Below, in pieces: positions 30,436 to 32,000 of a stretch of DNA of 32,000 bases. The position numbers and the translations under genes are program-made. The notes beneath the pieces are model-generated. The model had not been told where the DNA came from and did not search any database. It worked only from the letters and a program-made list of their open reading frames with translations. This DNA comes from Candidatus Nanoarchaeia archaeon (GTDB lineage: Archaea > Nanobdellota > Nanobdellia > Woesearchaeales > JANQNC01): contig JANQNC010000001.1 of the NCBI GenBank assembly GCA_028279745.1, positions 1 through 32,000 of the forward strand. The letters run 5' to 3'. Position 1 is the stretch's first letter. Every line of letters starts with the position of its first letter.

Positions 30436-32000
30436 GTCCAAGAATATTGGTAACATCAGCACTGCCATACGTAAATAACGTTCCACACTTAGGAACTATG
30501 GTCTGTATCTTAAGTGCAGACTGTTACTCAAGATTTCTGAGATCAAAAGGAGAAGATGTTGTGTTTACATGCGGGACAGATGAACATGGAACAACAGCAG
30601 AGACAAAAGCTCTTGAGGAAGGATTAACTCCGCAACAATTAACTGATAAATATTTTAAGATACACAAAGAGATCTATGAATGGTTCAACTGTGAGTTTGA
30701 CTGTTTTGGAAGGACTTCATCTGAAGCAAACCATTCAGTTGCTATTGATATTTTTAAGAAGTTACACGCAAACGGATATATTGCAGAAGACACAATCGAA
30801 CAAACATACTGTGAGAAATGTTCTAAATTCTTAGCAGACAGATTTGTAGAAGGAGAGTGCCCTTATTGCGGATATGAAGATGCAAGAGGGGATCAGTGCG
30901 AGAAGTGTGGCAAGTTACTGAATGCGGTAGAGCTTGTTAAGCCAAAATGTAAAGTTTGTGGGAGTTCACCTATCGTGAAAGAGACAAAACACTTATTTGT
31001 GGATTTACCAAAAATAAAACCAGAATTGGAAAAGTGGATGAACCCAGTAAAACAAAAATGGTCAACAAACGCAAGAACCATGACAGATTCATGGATGAAA
31101 GAAGGACTTAAGTTAAGAAGCATTACAAGGGATCTAAAATGGGGAATACCTGTACCTTTAGAAGGCTATGAAGATAAAGTATTTTACTCATGGTTTGATG
31201 CACCAATAGGATATATAGGAATTACAAAAGAAAACAGAGAAGACTGGGGAGAATGGTGGCACTCTTCTGATGTAAGATTAGTACAGTTCATGGGAAAAGA
31301 CAATATTCCATTCCACACAATATTATTCCCAGCATTCTGCATAGGTGCAAAAGATAACTATACATTACTTGACACAATCTCAGTAAATGAATACTTGAAT
31401 TACGAAGGAGGAATGTTCAGTAAGAGCAGAGGTGTTGGAGTATTCGGGGATAATGCAAGAGAGTCAGGAATCCCTGCAGATATGTGGAGATATTATATTT
31501 TGGTTAATAGGCCTGAGAAGACAGATACTGAGTTTAGTTGGGATGACTTCCAACAGAAGATCAATAATGAACTAGTTGCAAATGTTGGAAACTTGTTGAA
31601 TAGGTTAGTCACATTCTTGAACAACAATTATAACGGAGAGATTCCAGGAATAGATCTTGCTGAAGAGGATGAAAAATTCTTAGCATCTGTCAAAGAACAA
31701 GAGAAAGAGATAGAAAGACTGATGGAAGAGATAGAGCTAAAAGAAGCACTAAAGAAAATAATGGTATTATCAAAGAATGCGAATGCTTACTTCCAAGAAC
31801 AAGAGCCATGGCAGAAAATTAAAGATGACAAAGATAGAGCAGGAACTGTTTTGGGTGTGTTGGCTAACGTTATTAAGGATTTGGCAGTGTTATTAGAACC
31901 CTTCATGCCTCAAGTGGCAGAAGATATGTTTAAACAACTTGGCAAAGATAAACTAAAATGGGAAAGTTTAGGTGAACTAACTTTGTTAGTTGGTCACAAA
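30432..32000 (+). CDS. metG: Methionyl-tRNA synthetase, N-terminal ~523 codons; 3' end lies outside the window and the gene is absent from the ORF track
   Basis: My own translation is open from ATG 30432 to the window edge: MSPRILVTSALPYVNNVPHLGTMV... (HIGH-region variant). It has four CxxC zinc knuckles (CEKC, CPYC, CEKC, CKVC), ITRDLKWGIPVPL, the KMSKS-type loop MFSKSRG, and the anticodon-domain pattern NELVANVGNLLNR. Confidence 0.95.
   Translation, partial: MSPRILVTSALPYVNNVPHLGTMVCILSADCYSRFLRSKGEDVVFTCGTDEHGTTAETKALEEGLTPQQLTDKYFKIHKEIYEWFNCEFDCFGRTSSEANHSVAIDIFKKLHANGYIAEDTIEQTYCEKCSKFLADRFVEGECPYCGYEDARGDQCEKCGKLLNAVELVKPKCKVCGSSPIVKETKHLFVDLPKIKPELEKWMNPVKQKWSTNARTMTDSWMKEGLKLRSITRDLKWGIPVPLEGYEDKVFYSWFDAPIGYIGITKENREDWGEWWHSSDVRLVQFMGKDNIPFHTILFPAFCIGAKDNYTLLDTISVNEYLNYEGGMFSKSRGVGVFGDNARESGIPADMWRYYILVNRPEKTDTEFSWDDFQQKINNELVANVGNLLNRLVTFLNNNYNGEIPGIDLAEEDEKFLASVKEQEKEIERLMEEIELKEALKKIMVLSKNANAYFQEQEPWQKIKDDKDRAGTVLGVLANVIKDLAVLLEPFMPQVAEDMFKQLGKDKLKWESLGELTLLVGHK

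Overview
The window is AT-rich, very compact and archaeal in style, most consistent by inference with a DPANN-like episymbiont genome. Evidence includes TTTATAAA-type TATA boxes 20-60 nt upstream of first genes, several apparently leaderless starts, GGAGG/GGTGA Shine-Dalgarno sites on internal genes, and five ATGA stop/start overlaps. Convergent genes abut or overlap at their stop codons. I found no rRNA, tRNA, CRISPR array, transposase or integrase. Content, left to right: (1) A tightly coupled signalling-like module: Roadblock/LC7-like fragment, Cache-HAMP sensor without an output domain, a small basic ORF, and a KaiC/RecA-like protein with a degenerate P-loop. (2) On the minus strand, a small winged-helix protein translationally coupled to a ~1270-aa lipobox-bearing, sequon-rich protein with Ig-like repeats. 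(3) A plus-strand operon at 6.4-17.9 kb: a small protein, a signal-anchored acidic protein, and a 2030-aa protein predicted to be an alpha-helical glycoprotein built from two families of ~230-280-aa internal repeats. It continues with a CARDB / Cys-rich / single-TM protein and an 819-aa Lys/Glu-rich protein. (4) A radical SAM/TRAM-like enzyme, a LamG surface protein, a SpoIIM-like membrane protein and an Mth938-family protein. (5) Two paralogous two-gene cassettes, each an N-terminally anchored (class-III-signal-like) protein with a cadherin-like Ig domain plus a large secreted protein. They share a promoter motif and are separated by a gene with a degenerate metzincin-like motif. (6) A double zinc-ribbon gene, a small ORF and a eukaryote-like methionyl-tRNA synthetase that runs off the window. 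Roughly two thirds of the window encodes predicted secreted or surface proteins of unknown function. The 6.4-17.9 kb operon and the duplicated cassettes are the best candidates for an undescribed cell-surface (host-attachment) system. All assignments rest on reading motifs by eye; no database search was possible.
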